DNA of 64,000 nt from Longimicrobiales bacterium (GTDB lineage: Bacteria; Gemmatimonadota; Gemmatimonadetes; Longimicrobiales; Gaopeijiaceae), in contig JAWLHJ010000004.1 of assembly GCA_041690395.1 (NCBI GenBank), positions 577,478 to 641,477 on the forward strand. Reading direction: 5' to 3'. Positions within the stretch are counted from its first letter, which is position 1, and every line of letters begins with the position of its first letter. The position numbers were made by a program, and so were the translations under genes. Under the pieces are notes generated by a model. The model did no database searches. It was not told where the DNA came from and saw only the letters and a program-made list of their open reading frames with translations. This document shows, piece by piece, positions 63,242 to 64,000 of the stretch.

Positions 63242-63550
63242 TCAGTCGACCTTGATCTCGACGTCGACACCAGCCGGAAGATCCAGCTTGGTCAACGCGT
63301 CGATCGTCTGTGAGCGGCTCTCGACAATGTCGATCAGTCTCTTGTGCGTCCTGAGCTCGAACTGCTCACGGCTCTTCTTATCGATGTGCGGACCCCGCAG
63401 CACCGTCCAGCGCTCCCGACGAGTCGGAAGCGGGATGGGGCCACGCACGGTCGCACCCGTCTTCTGGGCCGTACGCACGATGTCCGCAGCGGTCTGATCG
63501 ACCACCCAGTGATCGAACGCCTTCAGTCGGATTCTGATTCTCTCTGCCAT
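63242..63550 (-). CDS. rpsJ: 30S ribosomal protein S10
   Basis: [25 protein letters not shown]. Confidence 0.98.
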   Translation of the reverse strand: MAERIRIRLKAFDHWVVDQTAADIVRTAQKTGATVRGPIPLPTRRERWTVLRGPHIDKKSREQFELRTHKRLIDIVESRSQTIDALTKLDLPAGVDVEIKVD

Positions 63551-63573
63551 TTCTTCCTTCGCTCTGGGTGGGG

Positions 63574-63787
63574 GGCGGTTCGCACCAACCCCCGCTGTCG
63601 CTCAGCCGTTCGGCCGCATGTTATCCCGCAACATCCTAGTTTTTCCTGTGCCTCACTCCGCCGCTACGCGCGGCGGAGCCTCCCTCTAGCGGGGGTCGGC
63701 GCAAACCGCCTTCGCCCCGCGCTGTTCCCCCGACCGAACAACCGGTCCGGTGGGCTTGTTCGATCAAGGGCCTCACGATCAGCCCTT
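63574..63787 (-). promoter_or_regulatory. Structured 5' leader of the S10 operon; candidate cis-regulatory RNA
   Basis: 23-bp stem 63574-63596/63688-63710 whose three non-Watson-Crick pairs are all G-U on the minus strand; nested and flanking hairpins. Confidence 0.55.
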
Positions 63788-64000
63788 AAGAACCCAACTA
63801 CATATGGTGGAGGGAGCTTCGCTCCCGCCTTCCGCTACACCTGTCTCGCGCGAAGCGCGGGCAGGTGCTCCGGTGATCGTCGAACCGCCTGGTTCGTCCG
63901 ACCTGCGCGCCTGCCGCGGGGTCCTCATCCAGCGAGCGGCTCTGCGGAGGGATTCGCTCGGCCCTCCGCAGAGCGGAGCCTCCAAGCTGCCTCCCGAACC

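Noticed and set aside
63551..64000. tRNA, SRP RNA, tmRNA, ribozyme or the 68-aa ORF upstream of rpsJ
   Set aside because: No diagnostic motifs recognised by eye; the ORF has no credible protein features.

Overview
High-GC bacterial chromosome segment. Gene content and order suggest Gemmatimonadota; this is inference, not a database result. (1) 1-8.9 kb, minus strand: housekeeping and envelope run of ugd, uxs, two TPR proteins, bamD, nadD, tsaE, tsaB, rimI, radC and a LysM gene running off the left edge. (2) 9.2-10.8 kb: a lone plus-strand DUF222-HNH endonuclease gene with an internal 18-bp perfect palindrome and several tandem repeats. (3) A DegT-family aminotransferase, manC and uvrB. (4) 15.8-19.6 kb: accessory hotspot with two complete toxin-antitoxin pairs, a DUF2442-like remnant, a broken gene and marR-doxX with shared operators. 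(5) wzi and a long RelA/SpoT homologue. (6) 23.5-32.9 kb: visibly more AT-rich glycan island (Wzx, putative Wzy, GT4, WecB/TagA, GME-like epimerase, methyltransferase, cytidylyltransferase, HIT, CDP-alcohol phosphotransferase, antisense GDPD lipoprotein). It carries a G12 tract that could fuse or uncouple two glycosyltransferases. (7) secA, a priming sugar transferase, an SLBB exporter, a DUF4143 ATPase with phased upstream repeats, a reverse-order PIN/Phd pair, and rmlD-A-B without rmlC. (8) 47.6-63.6 kb: S10-spc-alpha ribosomal cluster lacking infA, preceded by a highly structured leader. No rRNA, tRNA, CRISPR array, integrase or DDE transposase was recognised. Most long alternative-frame ORFs are GC-rich shadows. 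Strongest leads: the DUF222-HNH element, the G12 switch with the phosphodiester add/remove module, the S10 leader RNA and the DUF4143 repeats.
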